A stretch of 64,000 nucleotides of DNA. It comes from Hydrolagus colliei. Lineage: Eukaryota. Made by a program: the position numbers and the translations under genes. Positions 61,501 through 64,000 of the stretch are shown here, piece by piece; the stretch's first letter is position 1; every line of letters starts with the position of its first letter. The DNA lies in assembly GCA_035084275.1 (NCBI GenBank), contig CM068761.1, positions 806,001-870,000 of the forward strand. The letters are read 5' to 3'. The notes under the pieces are model-generated. The model was given only the letters and a program-made list of their open reading frames with translations, had not been told where the DNA came from and searched no databases.

Positions 61501-64000
61501 ACAGCCTTCAGCTGCTCCAAATCTGTTTGCATTGAATGAAAGCAATCGGTTACCACTTCCTCTTGTGATATTTTTCTAATAAAATGTATTTGCTTCCCAG
61601 CGAACACAAATTGAGGGTGGGTGGGGGGAGAAAAGGTCTATGATGTTGCCTTCTACAAACATTTCAGAGGCATTACTCGGATTTTTAAGCCACTAAAAGT
61701 AATACGTTCTCCTTCCCACTTTCACAATGTGTATATGTATTGTAAATAATTTTGTGCTGATCTCTAAAGCCTTTGTCTTACAGTTTCAGTCGAGCTTTGC
61801 TTCTGTAGCGCGTGCGGTGGGCAAGGTGATTAGATTCATTTTTTGTCACTTTCAGATCCAAAAGACCTTCAGAACATTGAGACCAAAAGCGCTGGCTTGC
61901 AACCGTGTCGCGGCTCCGCCATTTCAGAATAAATGCCTTCTGCCATTCCAACACTCAACATACACTCGTCAAGCGCATAATTCAGATTCACTAAAATTGA
62001 TGACGCATTTCACACTGAGCAATTGTCCCGCGCACACTGGTCCACACAGCAAGGGATTGGAACCAGTTAAGTTGTAGGAATAGAAGTGACATCTGTGTTG
62101 GCTTCGGATCTAGAGGGTCACAGAGTGGAGGTCCTGTTGTCCTAGATGTCCGATGTGTGTAGGGAACAGCAAAGAGAGTCACTGGCTCTGATAGTGAAGG
62201 TATTCAGTTTCCTGCAGACGGCGCACTGTGGCCACCACTAACAGTGATGCTTAAATAGAGCTGCTTTAGTGTTGAAACCTGGGTTAGTTCAGTCTATGGT
62301 ACCGTACTGGTAAAGGCCACCCCCGCTGCATGTGAATGTAATCGCTGTCTTGGATGGAAACAGAAACGTTCAGCCATTTGGCCTCTATGTGATTGCCGGT
62401 AGCGGGGGCCAGGAATGCCTGTAAGGTCTCTGGGTTTGGTGTGTTAGTTAGGTAACAGGACAGTGGTTAGAGCTCGGGCTAGAGCCTTCCGCACGGGTGA
62501 CGTCAGTGCAGTGATGTGGCTGGTTCCGTGATGTTCACAAACGTGGATTGTTTGACACCGACATTCAGTGGACGAGTTGTGGACGAACGACATTCAGCCT
62601 CAGCCCAACCCTGAGGCTAAAGCTAACATCAATGTCGCTCTTTTGGTGATCAGTTTTTGGCTGAGTGAGTGCGTGTACCAAAGCTCCACCTGCCTGGTGT
62701 GAATGATAAGCTTTTGCGCAGGGTATAAAATAGACATAGATAGATTCTTGGAAAGCAAGGGTAAGTCACTCACATTGTTAATTTCTTCCCTGTGTGGGTA
62801 GAACTGAACTGAATCGGGGTTTTGTGAACGCATGTTATACAGACAAAGCCCACCCCCAGATTGATGTTTTGATTTTGTCTTATTTTGAAAACTGCTATTA
62901 ATTCTCTGAAGAGAAGAAAATTAGCGTTGCGTTCCCTGCCTCAAATCACCGAATAAATGACAGGAAATGGCGTGTTAGACAAATCTAGAGGGATCTGTGT
63001 AAATTTTAACAGTTGTGCTTCTGTTGGCCTCTGGGCTGCAGTGACATTTTGTGTGATGTTGACAGTAGCAACGCTGTGTGGATAGAGCCGGCCTCACTTC
63101 CAACCAGTTAGCTCAGATCATCTTAGTCAGATAACAGCTCCGGTGACCCCGGGTTCACCGTTTGTTTTGGGAGGTCAGCCGGGAGCAGGATTGCAAACAA
63201 ATTTAGACGGGGGGGGGGGGGAGCTCGATAATGCCAACTTTGTTGTGTTGTCCACATGTGGTCAGCATTACAAATCTGGGAGCAGAGAAGAATAGGGCCC
63301 ATTGATGGAAGGCGCTAAAGGAGCCCTGCAGGGTGTCGGCCCATCTGGGATGGCAGACCATACAGAAGCTGGTGACCTTAAGTGCTGCATAGGAAGTGCT
63401 GCAAGTCCGTTTCCATGACCATCTGCTTGGATTCACGTGGCTATTTGCTCCCTTGATGAATTCCTCTTTCATGAAGCTCGGTGCATTGGGCCTCAGACTG
63501 GTTAGCCCCTGTCTTACGTATTCTGTTTCTCTCTTTTTTTTCCGTGATGTTTCTTAAATTATTTATTTGGATTTAGGCTATAAGCTGTGAGCGAAATCCC
63601 AAAGCTTTTATCTTAGAATCAAATAGGTTGTTTTATTCTACCCTTCTTTGCAATTCTGATAGATCTGCTCTGTACTCTCACAGGACTTTCTTTCATGTTG
63701 AACTGCAGACAATTAGTTGTCTTATGTCTTCTTTATATATTCATGAGTGCTATAAAAACAAAGTTCTCAATGTGATACAAGGCTAAAGCAGGGTCCAAGC
63801 TTCGTATAAACTGTCCTCGTGGTTCAACTATTCATTTACATGCCCACAGATGACAGCTTTTTATGGTCACTTAACAAAATGTCCCTTAACTGTCGTTCTA
63901 CAACAGGGGGTCTCTCCTGACTGATGTGCGAAGGGACTGTAGGATGCTTCATTGCCCCCTTAAAATTAGTTCTAATGCCCTTGGCTACATTTGGTTGCCA

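Noticed and set aside
61856-61935. Acceptor-like TTTTTGTCACTTTCAG followed by a short frame
   Set aside because: No recognisable peptide or donor; such sites are common by chance.
131-63472. The many 60-150-aa ORFs in the track, including recurrent 'KSAISNARIIII' and 'VKRFE' peptides
   Set aside because: The recurrent peptides are translations of the SINE tail; the rest match random expectation for non-coding DNA.

Overview
This is vertebrate, not prokaryotic, genomic DNA. The repeat repertoire suggests a cartilaginous fish, probably a holocephalan (inference from recalled repeat consensi, not a database search). I recognise no host protein-coding exon. The window looks like a large intron or gene desert with AT/TAAT-rich, repeat-free blocks that may be conserved enhancers. 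The only long ORF with a recognisable product is a 5'-truncated CR1 LINE reverse-transcriptase fragment (10783-11670) inserted in the tail of a SINE and in frame with it. The rest of the identifiable content is mobile DNA: about 17 copies of a tRNA-headed SINE with an L2-type tail, L2 and CR1 3' fragments, Deu-domain and LF-SINE-like relics, Penelope-like terminal-repeat fragments carrying minimal hammerhead-ribozyme motifs, a TA-flanked pogo/Tigger-like MITE, a ~514-bp long-armed palindrome, and microsatellites and G/C runs. I see no convincing new multi-gene system. The best leads are the hammerhead motifs, the long palindrome, the SINE-CR1 fusion ORF and the repeated nesting of LINE tails inside SINEs. 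Family names come from memory of consensi and need Dfam/Repbase confirmation.
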